A stretch of 64,000 bases of DNA. Origin: Candidatus Altiarchaeales archaeon (GTDB lineage: Archaea > Altiarchaeota > Altiarchaeia > IMC4 > SCGC-AAA252-I15). Under the pieces are notes generated by a model that was not told the origin of the DNA, made no database searches, and worked only from the letters and a program-made list of their open reading frames with translations. The stretch lies in NCBI GenBank assembly GCA_014727915.1, contig WJMO01000005.1, positions 64,001 to 128,000 on the forward strand, read 5' to 3'. Each line of letters opens with the position of its first letter. Position 1 is the stretch's first letter. Positions 1-9,331 of the stretch are shown piece after piece. The position numbers and the translations under genes were made by a program.

Positions 1-2
1 TC

Positions 3-392
3 TACTCCGGCCTTGAGGCCATCTCACTGGACGAGAAGGTCGCAGACGGCCTTGACATCCCCGACAAGTGGCGCAAGAAGCTCGTGGAGCTGGTGAAGAA
101 GAGCATCAAACCACCGGTGGTCGAGGTGACGGGCTTCGTAAAATTGCAGAGCTTCGAGTCCGACGGCGTTGAAATGATAAAATCCTCCCTGCGTGAGATA
201 CTGAAGCACAAGCCCCGTGACTGCGACATGGAACTAAACTATGTGTCCGCGCCGCTGTACAGGGTGAAGGTCCGGGCCTCCGACTACAAGAAGGCGGAGA
301 AGGCCATGCGCAAAGCCGTCGACCAGGGCATCTCCTACGTTGAAAGCCACAAGGGCAACGGCGAATTCCACAGGGAGCTGGAGGGGAAATGA
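3..392 (+). CDS. eif2a: Translation initiation factor aIF-2 alpha, C-terminal part (5' end outside window)
   Basis: SFESDGVEMIK...YVSAPLYRVKV...DYKKAEK is the aIF-2alpha C-terminal domain; followed by nop10 and PAC2 as in the conserved archaeal operon. Confidence 0.92.
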   Translation, partial: YSGLEAISLDEKVADGLDIPDKWRKKLVELVKKSIKPPVVEVTGFVKLQSFESDGVEMIKSSLREILKHKPRDCDMELNYVSAPLYRVKVRASDYKKAEKAMRKAVDQGISYVESHKGNGEFHRELEGK

Positions 393-556
393 GGATACGA
401 AAGTGCCCCGAATGCGGAGGGTACACTCTTAAAGAATCATGCGGTAAATGTAACGTTAAATCGTCGCAGGTCGGGCCGGCCAGATACTCTCCAGAGGACC
501 CGTATGGCTGCTACCGCCGGCAGATGAAGGAGCAGATGGGACATGGAAGAGATTAA
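389..556 (+). CDS. nop10: H/ACA RNP protein Nop10 (55 aa, absent from ORF track)
   Basis: Manual translation MRIRKCPECGGYTLKESCGKC...PARYSPEDPYGCYRR; Zn ribbon plus SPEDxYG motif; ATGA overlap with eif2a. Confidence 0.93.
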   Translation: MRIRKCPECGGYTLKESCGKCNVKSSQVGPARYSPEDPYGCYRRQMKEQMGHGRD

Positions 557-1310
557 GATAAACATGATTGAGCGGCCTGAGCTGAAGAAAACCATACTCA
601 TAGAGGGACTCCCGGGGATAGGCTTGGTCGGCAAGCTCGCGGGCGATCACCTCAAGGACGAGCTTAAGGCAGTTAAGTTCGCAGAGCTGACCTCCACTTA
701 CCTCCCGCCGCAGGTCAGCATACAGGACGACGGGACGGTGAAGCTCGTCAACATGGAAATGTACTATTGGAAGGGCAAGGAGAACGATATCATACTGCTG
801 TTGGGCGACTTCCAGGGTTTGACGCCTGAAAGCCAGTATTACATCGCCGACAGGATACTGGACTTCGGCAAAGACTACGATCTCAGGCGTCTTTACACGC
901 TCGGCGGCTTGGGGACGGGAGCAATAACCCACACTCCAAGGGTTTTCGGTGCTGCCACTTCCAAGAACCTGGTCTCAGAACTGGAAGAATATGGGATAGT
1001 ATTCAAGGGCGGTGGAGCCATATTCGGCGCCAGCGGCCTCCTGCTAGGCCTCTCGATACCGCGGAAAATCGAGGCGGTGTGTCTCATGGGTGAGACACAC
1101 GGGCAGATAATCGACGCCAAATCGGCGGAGGCGGTGCTGCAGATCCTGACCAAGATACTGGGAGTCGAGGTTAACATGAACGAGCTTAAGAAGAAGGCCC
1201 GGCAGACCGAGGACCAGATCAACAAGATGAGCCAGATGATCGACACCCACCGGAAGTCTGTGGAGAGACAGCAGGAACTACTGGACGAGAACCCATTCTA
1301 CATACGCTGA
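543..1310 (+). CDS. PAC2-family proteasome assembly chaperone
   Basis: ILIEGLPGIGLVGKLA, YTLGG, IFGASGLLLG, CLMGET motifs; conserved synteny with nop10. Confidence 0.9.
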   Translation: MEEIKINMIERPELKKTILIEGLPGIGLVGKLAGDHLKDELKAVKFAELTSTYLPPQVSIQDDGTVKLVNMEMYYWKGKENDIILLLGDFQGLTPESQYYIADRILDFGKDYDLRRLYTLGGLGTGAITHTPRVFGAATSKNLVSELEEYGIVFKGGGAIFGASGLLLGLSIPRKIEAVCLMGETHGQIIDAKSAEAVLQILTKILGVEVNMNELKKKARQTEDQINKMSQMIDTHRKSVERQQELLDENPFYIR

Positions 1311-1319
1311 AATAAAATC

Positions 1320-1832
1320 CTATTCGCTCTTGCATATGCATGTGGGCGGGGAGGCGCAGCACCCGCTCCCCGACGGCTTGTAGGTGCATGTCCTGCCGGG
1401 ATCGCAGGAGGCTGCAGCGCAGTTGCTCGGGCTAGGGTTGCGGACCTCACGGCAGGTCAACATTGTGGTGGTTGTTGGATTGGTGGTTGATGTCACAGCG
1501 GGTTGAGTGGCTGAAGGAGCTGCAGTAGACGATGTCACCCCCACCGTTGATGTGGTCACAACATACTTCAGAGTAGTTGATGAAGGCGTCAGTGTAGTCG
1601 TCGGGGTTTCAGCGACATATGCGGTGGTTGATGTTGTATGCTCAACTGTCGTCGCCGTTACCTCAACCGTTGATGTAACTTGCGCGCCCGTGGTTGCAGT
1701 GGGGTTCAAAGTGGTGGAAGGCGGGCTCACCGTCGTCGTTGCCACTCCTGCGTCTCCCCCGATGCACCCGCAGAAGAGCAGCGCCAAAACCACAGCGGAC
1801 GACCTAGCCCCCAAGGTTCCTCTTGACCTCAT
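1320..1832 (-). CDS. Putative lipoprotein, Thr-rich stalk and Cys-rich C-terminal tip
   Basis: Hydrophobic N-terminus with LLFCGC lipobox-like motif, long Thr/Ser/Pro tract, C-terminal cluster of Cys. Confidence 0.65.
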   Translation of the reverse strand: MRSRGTLGARSSAVVLALLFCGCIGGDAGVATTTVSPPSTTLNPTATTGAQVTSTVEVTATTVEHTTSTTAYVAETPTTTLTPSSTTLKYVVTTSTVGVTSSTAAPSATQPAVTSTTNPTTTTMLTCREVRNPSPSNCAAASCDPGRTCTYKPSGSGCCASPPTCICKSE

Positions 1833-2676
1833 CCCATATCCTCTCCACGCTCTTCACCAGCTCACCATCCCCGTATTCTACTATGGTCTTACGCTCGATC
1901 ATAGCCTCCGTGAACGACCTGCTATAGGGTACCATGCCCGCGAATCCTACACCCCTGTCCCCGCAGTACTCCCTTATCTCCGTGGTCTTCCCGGGGTTTA
2001 TGTCGCTCTTGTTGACGCACACCAACGCTTTCACCTTGAAATGGTCCGTGACATCCAGCACTCTCTTCATGTCATGGACTCCGCTGACCGTCGGCTCCGC
2101 CACAACCAGCGCCAGGTCAGCCCCTCCGATGGAGGCGATAACCGGACATCCTATACCTGGGGATCCGTCCAATATGATGAGGCCGACTCCATGCTCCTCC
2201 GCAACCCTCCTGGCATTCTCTCTGACTACGGTCACGAGCTTTCCAGAGGCCTCCTCACCCGGTTTAAGCCGTGCATGGGATAGCATCCCATGCCGTGTGC
2301 TGGAGACAAAAGCCTTGCCAGACGACTTATCCACCATCCTGACCGCGTTGTGGGGGCATACCAGCTTGCACACCCCGCAACCCTCACAGTGCAGGGCATC
2401 GACCTCACAGTCCTTGATAGCGTCGAACCTGCACTTGCTAGTGCACAAACCACAGTTTCTGCACCTTGAAGGGTCTATCTCAGCGGTCTGAAACGCCTTG
2501 AAATCATGCTCCTCCCTCACCTCAGGGTCCAAGAGCAGGTGCAGGTTGCTCGCGTCCACGTCACAGTCTGCCATGACCTTTTCCGCTTCTAGGGAGGCGA
2601 AGGCCCCGACCAGGCTGGTCTTCCCAGTCCCGCCCTTACCGCTCAGTACCGTCACCTGTTTCAACTTCCTCTTCAC
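1804..2676 (-). CDS. MinD-superfamily P-loop ATPase with inserted 4Fe-4S ferredoxin domain
   Basis: SGKGGTGKT, DCDVDASN, CxxCxxCxxxC twice, DGSPGIGCPV, AEPT. Confidence 0.9.
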   Translation of the reverse strand: MKRKLKQVTVLSGKGGTGKTSLVGAFASLEAEKVMADCDVDASNLHLLLDPEVREEHDFKAFQTAEIDPSRCRNCGLCTSKCRFDAIKDCEVDALHCEGCGVCKLVCPHNAVRMVDKSSGKAFVSSTRHGMLSHARLKPGEEASGKLVTVVRENARRVAEEHGVGLIILDGSPGIGCPVIASIGGADLALVVAEPTVSGVHDMKRVLDVTDHFKVKALVCVNKSDINPGKTTEIREYCGDRGVGFAGMVPYSRSFTEAMIERKTIVEYGDGELVKSVERIWDEVKRNLGG

Positions 2677-4150
2677 CTCCCATGATATTCCTCTTGATCT
2701 TCAGGTACAACAGTATCAACGGAACTCCGACCGCGGTCAAACCCATTATGAGCAGCAAGTTCGGTCCTGTGAACACGTCTGATATGGCTGTGCCGAACAG
2801 GAGGAGATAGAAGGCGGGTGTCGCCAGATTCAGGGCGGCCCAAAGCCCGGCGGCCAGCAACCCTATCATCAATGCCAGCTCCCACATTGTGTCCACGTTC
2901 AATATCTCCCTCCTGGTCGTTAGGACTATTAGGGCGGTCGATCCCAGGGCGTACAATAGTATTCCGACAGCGGCTAGTATGTTGTTCAACAGCTCCGGCG
3001 CGAATACGAGTATGACTCCCAGGCAGAGCATCATGTTGCCCGACAGCAGCTTCAGAACCTGCCCCTCCTCTTCCTTGAGCTTCCTGGACCCGAGGGTGTA
3101 TGTGAAGACCCCTACGATGGTCATGAGAGGCAGGACGTATACTGCATTGTAGAGCGCTAGGTACATGTAATATTGCAGGTTGGAGAGGTTGCTCAGGGTG
3201 AGCACCCGCGTGTAGACCATCGGGAACCCTGCCGTGCAGAGGAGCTCATAGCTGTTTGCTGCGATGGCCAATACGGCAGTCCCGAATATCATCGACGGCA
3301 GCTCCGACGCCTTCATGAGATTCCGCATGCGCGTGAACAGCTTGGGCTTGGCCGAGTCCGGAATGCTCAGGGACAGGCCCTCCTGGAGCCAGAAGAAGTC
3401 CTTTATGTTTATCGCGGCGACGGCCAAGGCGATCAAACCAGCAAGCAAGGTTATCCATTTTATCTGCCCTATCATGAGGAAAAGGTTCAGCCACGCGGCC
3501 ATGAAGATGAAGTACACGAACCCGGAGAAGAACACGAATATCCCCCCTATCAGGAGCATCCTCACCCTGGACTTGGCGTGTATAAGCAGGCTCAGCAGGA
3601 AGAACAACACGAAGAACGCGCAGGGGTTGAAGCCGTCCAAGCCTCCGAGTATCACCGTGAACAATGGAAGGGACATGGTTGTCGCGTCGACCTCGCCCAG
3701 AAGTGGAAGCTCGACGGCGGTCTCGTTCCTATCGACTTCAACGCACTGGTCGCATTCGGGGTCGTCGCATGCGTGCGTGCTGTGAAAGCATTCGAGTATC
3801 ATGTCCTCGATCTCCTTCCCCGACGTTGCGTCATCGCGGTAGCCGACCTTCATGTCCCCGCAGATGAATGTGCCCGGGACTCCAGTGGCGGAACCACCGC
3901 ACTCTGATGCCATCTCATAGTAGAGCTTGGCGTTCTCCTCGCTCTCAGAGACCTCATACCTGTAGACCTCAAGCCAGGGGTACTTCTCCTCCAACCGGTC
4001 TAGGAAGGGTTTCTCGTGGGCGCAGTGGGGGCACCCCTTAGAATAGAAGAAGTGAACTATGACTGCAGAGTCACTGTCGGCTTCCTCGGCTCCGCTGGCA
4101 AAGCCGACGGCCAGAGCCAGGAAAACCATTGCAACAAGCAACCTCCTCAT
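2636..4150 (-). CDS. Exported thioredoxin/glutaredoxin domain fused to a CcdA/DsbD-like multi-TM domain
   Basis: Signal peptide, FYSKGCPHC, GVPGTF cis-Pro loop, then TM region with DGFNPCAFF and ELLCTAGFP cysteines. Confidence 0.8.
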   Translation of the reverse strand: MRRLLVAMVFLALAVGFASGAEEADSDSAVIVHFFYSKGCPHCAHEKPFLDRLEEKYPWLEVYRYEVSESEENAKLYYEMASECGGSATGVPGTFICGDMKVGYRDDATSGKEIEDMILECFHSTHACDDPECDQCVEVDRNETAVELPLLGEVDATTMSLPLFTVILGGLDGFNPCAFFVLFFLLSLLIHAKSRVRMLLIGGIFVFFSGFVYFIFMAAWLNLFLMIGQIKWITLLAGLIALAVAAINIKDFFWLQEGLSLSIPDSAKPKLFTRMRNLMKASELPSMIFGTAVLAIAANSYELLCTAGFPMVYTRVLTLSNLSNLQYYMYLALYNAVYVLPLMTIVGVFTYTLGSRKLKEEEGQVLKLLSGNMMLCLGVILVFAPELLNNILAAVGILLYALGSTALIVLTTRREILNVDTMWELALMIGLLAAGLWAALNLATPAFYLLLFGTAISDVFTGPNLLLIMGLTAVGVPLILLYLKIKRNIMGGEEEVETGDGTER

Positions 4151-4980
4151 AGCGCCTCCCTCTTCATTAGGTCAAATAAGCCAATAAATCCCTTCCTATA
4201 CTCGCTCAACTCCCTGGTGAACGGCACACCCCTGGAATAGAGCCTGGCTATCTCGATGTCGTCAGGTATCCGCATCAATACCGGTATGCCCCTGTCCTCG
4301 CAGTATCTGTCCACGCTATCATAGCCTTCACGGTGCCTGTTCACGACAACACCGTGGGGTATGCCCATGACCTCAAGCATTTCAGCCGCGAGCTCAAGGT
4401 CGTTCAACCCGAACGGCGTCGGCTCGGCGACCAGGAGGCAGAAGTCAGACCCTCCAACGGATTCTATCACCGCACACGAAGTTCCGGGGGGGCAGTCCAC
4501 TATCGCATCCTCCCCCCATCTGATCCTCTCCTTAACCTTCCTTATCACGGGAGTTGCCATAGCCTCACCAGTGTTCAGCAAACCATAAGTCAATCCAACA
4601 CCGTCCACTTTCCCCGATAAGACCTCGCCCACGGTCCTCCTGCCCTCCGTTATCGCTCCCCTAGGGCAGGCTAGCATGCAGCCGCCACAACCGTGGCAGA
4701 GAATGTCGAAGGTCATGAATGCATTTTCCACGACCGCTAAAGCGTTGTACCTGCAGAAGTCCGCGCACCGGCCGCAGTAGTCGCACATGCTCTCATCGAC
4801 CACTGGCACCATCACCTCCACAGCCTCACCGGGTCCCAAATCGGGATTCAGGAATATGTGGCAGTTCGGCTCTTCAACGTCGCAGTCCAGGAGATGCACG
4901 TCACCCAAGGCAAGCGCCAGGTTCACTGCAACGGTTGTCTTGCCTGTTCCTCCCTTCCCGCTCGCTACCGAAACGATCAT
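4147..4980 (-). CDS. MinD-superfamily P-loop ATPase with 4Fe-4S domain (paralog of 1804..2676)
   Basis: MIVSVASGKGGTGKTT, DCDVEEPN, CDYCGRC, CHGCGGC, DCPPGTSC, AEPTPFG; start moved to ATG at 4980. Confidence 0.9.
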   Translation of the reverse strand: MIVSVASGKGGTGKTTVAVNLALALGDVHLLDCDVEEPNCHIFLNPDLGPGEAVEVMVPVVDESMCDYCGRCADFCRYNALAVVENAFMTFDILCHGCGGCMLACPRGAITEGRRTVGEVLSGKVDGVGLTYGLLNTGEAMATPVIRKVKERIRWGEDAIVDCPPGTSCAVIESVGGSDFCLLVAEPTPFGLNDLELAAEMLEVMGIPHGVVVNRHREGYDSVDRYCEDRGIPVLMRIPDDIEIARLYSRGVPFTRELSEYRKGFIGLFDLMKREAL

Positions 4981-4981
4981 G

Positions 4982-5377
4982 CTATTTTTTCTCACAACCC
5001 GGTCCCGGGCTCTCACCCTTGAAAGCGTGCCTTTTGCAGGCATTGGAATCGCTTGCCTCGGCCAGCGCACCTTCATTGAACTGGCTTACTGCATCTCTTA
5101 CATCCCCTCCAGCTCCGACAAACGCCTTTATCCCCTTCTCCCTGAAGAACTGGACTGCCCTCCTCCCAAGGCCGCTGCAGACTATTGCCTCAACCCCCTC
5201 GTCAGCAAGCAGCTCAGGGGGTGTCCTCTCCCCTCCCCTGTGGTGGCTGGTGTTCGGAACAATAGTCACATCCCATGTTTCACTGTCCACTATCGTATAC
5301 GTTGGCGTTCGCCCAAAGTGCTCTCCAACCCGGTCATCTAATCCTCCGCCTCCCATGCTCGGCACTGCAACCCTCAT
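4982..5377 (-). CDS. NifB/NifX-family (FeMo-cofactor-binding-like) protein
   Basis: MRVAVP...HFGRTPTYTIVD...GVEAIVCSGLG. Confidence 0.85.
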   Translation of the reverse strand: MRVAVPSMGGGGLDDRVGEHFGRTPTYTIVDSETWDVTIVPNTSHHRGGERTPPELLADEGVEAIVCSGLGRRAVQFFREKGIKAFVGAGGDVRDAVSQFNEGALAEASDSNACKRHAFKGESPGPGCEKK

Positions 5378-5721
5378 CTTCGCTCTCCTCCAAAATCATC
5401 TATCGCCTTGACCACGAGCTGGGTGTACATGAGCGACGGACCGCCGCCCATAAAAGCCGCAACAAAACATGTCTCCATTATCTCCTCTTCTGTTGCTCCG
5501 GATTCCAAGGCTTTTTTCACATGGTATGCGATACACCATCTGCAGTGTGTGGCGACTGAAAGAGCTATGCTGATCAGTTCCTTGGTCTTGTGGGGTAGGG
5601 CTCCCTCCTTCTCTGCTGTGTGCATGAAGCTTCCGAAGGCCTTCATCTGCTCAGGGTACTCCTCACCCAGCTGATTCAGCGAATTATTGACTTCCCCCAA
5701 CACCTCTTCCATCGAATCCAT
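5374..5721 (-). CDS. Carboxymuconolactone decarboxylase/AhpD-family protein
   Basis: KTKELISIALSVATHCRWCIAYH...GATEEEI; start moved to ATG at 5721. Confidence 0.88.
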   Translation of the reverse strand: MDSMEEVLGEVNNSLNQLGEEYPEQMKAFGSFMHTAEKEGALPHKTKELISIALSVATHCRWCIAYHVKKALESGATEEEIMETCFVAAFMGGGPSLMYTQLVVKAIDDFGGERR

Positions 5722-5722
5722 C

Positions 5723-6142
5723 CTACGTGCCTCCCCTTCGCCTGCCCTGCCCCCTACCGCCAAAGCCCCTTCTTCCGCCACCAAAGTGGTCTCTGACGGT
5801 GGGCCCTTCAACAGGTTTCAATATGCCTTTTGCGTATTCCCTCGCTGCTTCACCTGCGTTGCCCCGGTATTGGATCATCTCAACGCCTCCCTGGGACAGC
5901 ACCGCCGCTGCGTTGGGCCCGAAGTTCCCTGCGATCACCGCCTTCGCTCCCATCTCGTTTACCTGCTGGGCGGCCTGTATCCCTGCTCCGCCCGCGGAGG
6001 AGAACCCGGTGTTCCCAACGACCTCAGTCTTGGCAACTTCCCCGCCTTCGCATTCCGCGACCGTGAAGTTCCGGCATCTCCCGAAGACAGGCGATACACC
6101 GTCCTCTAGACCGCCCTCGTTCGTCGCAATAACCACCTTCAT
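5723..6142 (-). CDS. NifB/NifX-family protein with Gly/Arg-rich tail
   Basis: MKVVIAT...FGRCRNF...GGAGIQAAQ...AVIAGNFGPNA. Confidence 0.85.
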   Translation of the reverse strand: MKVVIATNEGGLEDGVSPVFGRCRNFTVAECEGGEVAKTEVVGNTGFSSAGGAGIQAAQQVNEMGAKAVIAGNFGPNAAAVLSQGGVEMIQYRGNAGEAAREYAKGILKPVEGPTVRDHFGGGRRGFGGRGQGRRRGGT

Positions 6143-6146
6143 GTTC

Positions 6147-6341
6147 TCACCCCCTTGTCATCCGCATGCCGCATCTGGGGCATGTTACCGTGTTGCACGG
6201 GGTTCCCCTAACGTGCGGCGTCGTGTGCCCGCATGACGGGCATCTGCAGCTACCCGGGCCTCCCGGGCCGCCGCCTACCATCCTTCCTCTGCCTCCGCGG
6301 CCGGGTCCTATCCTCGGTCCTCTACCGTCTCCTCTTGGCAT
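6147..6341 (-). CDS. Small Gly-rich protein (DUF5320-like N-terminus) with Cys Zn-finger
   Basis: MPRGDGRGP...GRG, CRCPSCGH...GTPC...CPRCG; typical member of DUF134 operons. Confidence 0.7.
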   Translation of the reverse strand: MPRGDGRGPRIGPGRGGRGRMVGGGPGGPGSCRCPSCGHTTPHVRGTPCNTVTCPRCGMRMTRG

Positions 6342-6347
6342 CTCATC

Positions 6348-6767
6348 TCACCTCTTCTTTGTTTTTATCCTCTTGCTCCCGCATTCTGGGCATTCACTAG
6401 GCCTCCTAGTGCTAGCTTCCTGCTTCCACTGGTGTCCGTCCTCTGAGCACCTGTACATCCTCTCCCCCTTCGCGAGATAGTCGCCACCCCTTATCTCTAT
6501 TGCCTTCCCGTTCAGGAGCGCGTCAGCGACCTTGCCCCTCGCGGACTTCAACTCCCTTGCGAGAGTCCTCCTCGAGACCTTCATCCTCTTGGCTGCCGCC
6601 TCGTGCTCCATAGTCTCATGGTCGACCAGCCTTATCGCCTCCAGTTCCTCAACCTTCAGCTCGACCACGTCAAGTTCCGTCAATGGTATCTGCCGCGGCT
6701 TGAAGTAGTCCACGTCCGGGACTCCCTTCACCTTCCTCAGGCATTTGGGTCTGCCCCTGTCTCCCAT
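6348..6767 (-). CDS. DUF134 (UPF0251) HTH protein with C-terminal Zn ribbon
   Basis: [52 protein letters not shown]. Confidence 0.88.
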   Translation of the reverse strand: MGDRGRPKCLRKVKGVPDVDYFKPRQIPLTELDVVELKVEELEAIRLVDHETMEHEAAAKRMKVSRRTLARELKSARGKVADALLNGKAIEIRGGDYLAKGERMYRCSEDGHQWKQEASTRRPSECPECGSKRIKTKKR

Positions 6768-6796
6768 GTTAGAACAGATGGAAATACAAGAATATA

Positions 6797-6814
6797 AATG
6801 CCCATATGGGCATT
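6797..6814. promoter_or_regulatory. Perfect 18-bp palindrome AATGCCCATATGGGCATT, candidate operator of the DUF134 operon
   Basis: Self-complementary 18-mer overlapping a minus-strand TTTATA box (6793-6798) about 26-30 bp upstream of the DUF134 ATG. Confidence 0.7.
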
Positions 6815-7313
6815 AATTTAGCACGACTACCTTGTGGACTCCCCTGACCCTCAGCAGCTTGTCTATCATGTTCCTCGGTATGGGGTTCTCGGTTATCACG
6901 GTCATCTCCGGGTTGTCGAACATGGGATCGTCCGCGATCACCTGGCGTATGCCGATGTTGGCGTTGCTCAAAGTGTTCGTCACCCCCGCCACTATCCCCT
7001 TCCCGGCCGCGTCATCGGGTATTATCTCTATCGCCCCGTAGCCGAGTATGGGCGCCAGCTCCCTGAGTGAAGGCGTGATGGCGAGGTTCTCGAAAATCCT
7101 CCTCAGCTTCTCCCTCCCTAGTATCGTCCTGACAGTGGACTTCACCACCCTCCTGTCAACCTCCAACACCCTGGAGACGCTTATCATGGAGACCTCCACC
7201 TCTCCAGCCAACAATTCACCCTCAGCGGATACCCTGATGCCGTTCCTAAGCAGGTACTCCGCAACCCGACGCTGCGCACCCTTGCCTGAAAAGGCCTTCT
7301 CAAGATCCAACAT
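6813..7313 (-). CDS. Predicted amino-acid-metabolism regulator with ACT domain (COG2150-like)
   Basis: VAEYLLRNGIRV, VDRRVV, GIVAGV, IGIRQVIADDP; start moved to ATG at 7313. Confidence 0.8.
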   Translation of the reverse strand: MLDLEKAFSGKGAQRRVAEYLLRNGIRVSAEGELLAGEVEVSMISVSRVLEVDRRVVKSTVRTILGREKLRRIFENLAITPSLRELAPILGYGAIEIIPDDAAGKGIVAGVTNTLSNANIGIRQVIADDPMFDNPEMTVITENPIPRNMIDKLLRVRGVHKVVVLN

Positions 7314-7373
7314 AGCCAGTAATCCAATAGGCACAAAAACTATAAAAATGCACAAAAACAGACATAAATGCTG

Positions 7374-7559
7374 TTAGTGTTTCCAGGTGGTGGGGTGCTC
7401 GCATTCCGCGCCTTCGAACACGCACAAGGGGCAGAGAAACCGGTCAACCTCCCTTTCCACACCGTCTATAAACGCGACTTCAGTGTGCGAGTAGGTCCAG
7501 GTTCTTATGTCCTGTAACTGTAGGGTTCCACAGCGGGGGCAGTTAACCAACTCACTCAC
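7374..7559 (-). CDS. Small hypothetical Zn-finger protein
   Basis: CPRC...CPLC pairs in 61 aa, fills the gap between feoB and the ACT gene. Confidence 0.45.
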   Translation of the reverse strand: MSELVNCPRCGTLQLQDIRTWTYSHTEVAFIDGVEREVDRFLCPLCVFEGAECEHPTTWKH

Positions 7560-7633
7560 CGAATACGGATTAGATCTCCCTACCTATAATGTTAGGGGCA
7601 AAACAGTGCCAAACGAGTGGGACAATGGGGGCC

Positions 7634-9331
7634 CTAAAGGAGAACCGCCTTCAAAGATGCTCCGACCACCACGGTCACCACGACCATCAAAGCCATGGAC
7701 TTCAACAGGTCCTTCAAACCCAGCTCCCTGTAGAGGACTGTGAAAGTGGCGATGCACGGGAAGTAAATCGCGAGTATCGTGGACGCGATGGTAAGCTGCT
7801 CGGCTGACATGCCAAGAGGTGCTAGCATGCCCACCGCGACATCCTTGCGCAGGAAACCCACGATCAACGCGATGGCAGCTTCCTCCGGCAGCCCGAACAA
7901 TTCACCCATGACCGGCCCGAAAAACCCCGCGATGAAAGAGACCACTCCCGTGACATACGTGAGATTAACTGCCAACACACCCAACAGCACGTAGGGCACC
8001 GCGTCCGTTATGAAGTACTTGACCCTGACCCAAGTCTTCTTCAACAGGGATCTCGGGTCTGGTCTGCGGTAGGGCGGCACCTCAAGCAGTATCTCAGGGC
8101 TCTCCCCGGGGATGAACCTGTTCAAGGCCAGGCCCACAACGACATAGAGCGCCAGGAGAGTCGCATAGGTTATTGCGATATACCTCAGACCGTACCTTGA
8201 AAGAAGACCGATTATCACCGCGTTCTGCGCGAGGCAGGGTATGCATAGCGCCATGAGCGTCGCTGATATGAACCTCTGCTTCTTGGTCTCCAATATCCTC
8301 GTTGACAATACCCCCGGAACATTACAACCCAGCCCGAGTATGGTCGGCACTATCGCTGAACCGTGCAGTCCGATGCGGTGCATAAGATTGTCCATCAGCG
8401 TGGCTAGCCGGGGCAGGTAGCCGACATCCTCCAGAAAACTGAGGGCAAGGTAGAAAAGGACCACGAAGGGCAATACCATGTCCAACGGAACGTATACCCC
8501 CGTGGTCAGGACTCCCAGGCTCTCTATGAAATCCTCGCCGCTGCCCAGCAGGATCTCGTGCATCATGCCCGACGGGAAAACCCCTTCAACCAAACCCCGG
8601 ACCAGGGGGCCGTAGACTCCGATGAAGAAAGGGTCGAGGACGTTCTCAATGATGAAGTTCCCGGTGTTGATGATGAACGAGAACATGAGGAACAGCACAG
8701 CCAACGCTATGGGTATCCCGGTCAACGGCTTTATGGTCGCGTCCTCCAACGCTTCCGTGAACGTGTGGTCCTTCTCATGGAGCTTCTGAACCTTGGATAC
8801 TATATGCCCCACTTCCTTCCAACGCTCCTCGTCACTCCTCTCCCCCCCGACGGTCCTGGCCTCCGAAAGCCTGTCAACAAGTCTCTTCACGCCCTCGCCT
8901 GTAACTGCGACCGTCTCGACCACCGGCACGCCCAAACTCCTCTCAAGGTCGTCAACGTCCACCTCGACTCCCAGGTGCCTTGCGTCGTCGCTCATGTTCA
9001 ACGCCACAACAGTCGGCTTTCCCGATTCCAGCACCTGCAGCGTCAGATAGAGGTTCCGCTCCAGGTTGGTCGCGTCCACCACATCGATGACGACATCACC
9101 TTCGGGGAGCATCTCGGACGCGGCCTTTTCAGCCGGGTTCTCGGCGGTGAGAGCGTATGTCCCAGGCACATCGACGAGCTCGACCATCTCCCCGCCGTAC
9201 TTCATCCTCCCCGTGCAGTAGCTGACAGTTGTCCCAGGGTAGTTGCTGCACATCACGTGCACTCCCGTCAGCCGCGAGAAGAGCGCGCTCTTGCCCACGT
9301 TGGGGTTTCCCATCAGCAGTACCCGCATCAT
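7634..9331 (-). CDS. feoB: Ferrous iron transporter FeoB
   Basis: GNPNVGKS, NYPGTTV, DVPGTY, DATNLERNLY, EDVGYLPR, GLGCNVP, YFPCIAT. Confidence 0.95.
   Translation of the reverse strand: MMRVLLMGNPNVGKSALFSRLTGVHVMCSNYPGTTVSYCTGRMKYGGEMVELVDVPGTYALTAENPAEKAASEMLPEGDVVIDVVDATNLERNLYLTLQVLESGKPTVVALNMSDDARHLGVEVDVDDLERSLGVPVVETVAVTGEGVKRLVDRLSEARTVGGERSDEERWKEVGHIVSKVQKLHEKDHTFTEALEDATIKPLTGIPIALAVLFLMFSFIINTGNFIIENVLDPFFIGVYGPLVRGLVEGVFPSGMMHEILLGSGEDFIESLGVLTTGVYVPLDMVLPFVVLFYLALSFLEDVGYLPRLATLMDNLMHRIGLHGSAIVPTILGLGCNVPGVLSTRILETKKQRFISATLMALCIPCLAQNAVIIGLLSRYGLRYIAITYATLLALYVVVGLALNRFIPGESPEILLEVPPYRRPDPRSLLKKTWVRVKYFITDAVPYVLLGVLAVNLTYVTGVVSFIAGFFGPVMGELFGLPEEAAIALIVGFLRKDVAVGMLAPLGMSAEQLTIASTILAIYFPCIATFTVLYRELGLKDLLKSMALMVVVTVVVGASLKAVLL

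Noticed and set aside
4982-6142. NifB/NifX-like genes suggesting nitrogen fixation
   Set aside because: No nifHDK; this family is widespread in DUF134 operons of non-diazotrophs
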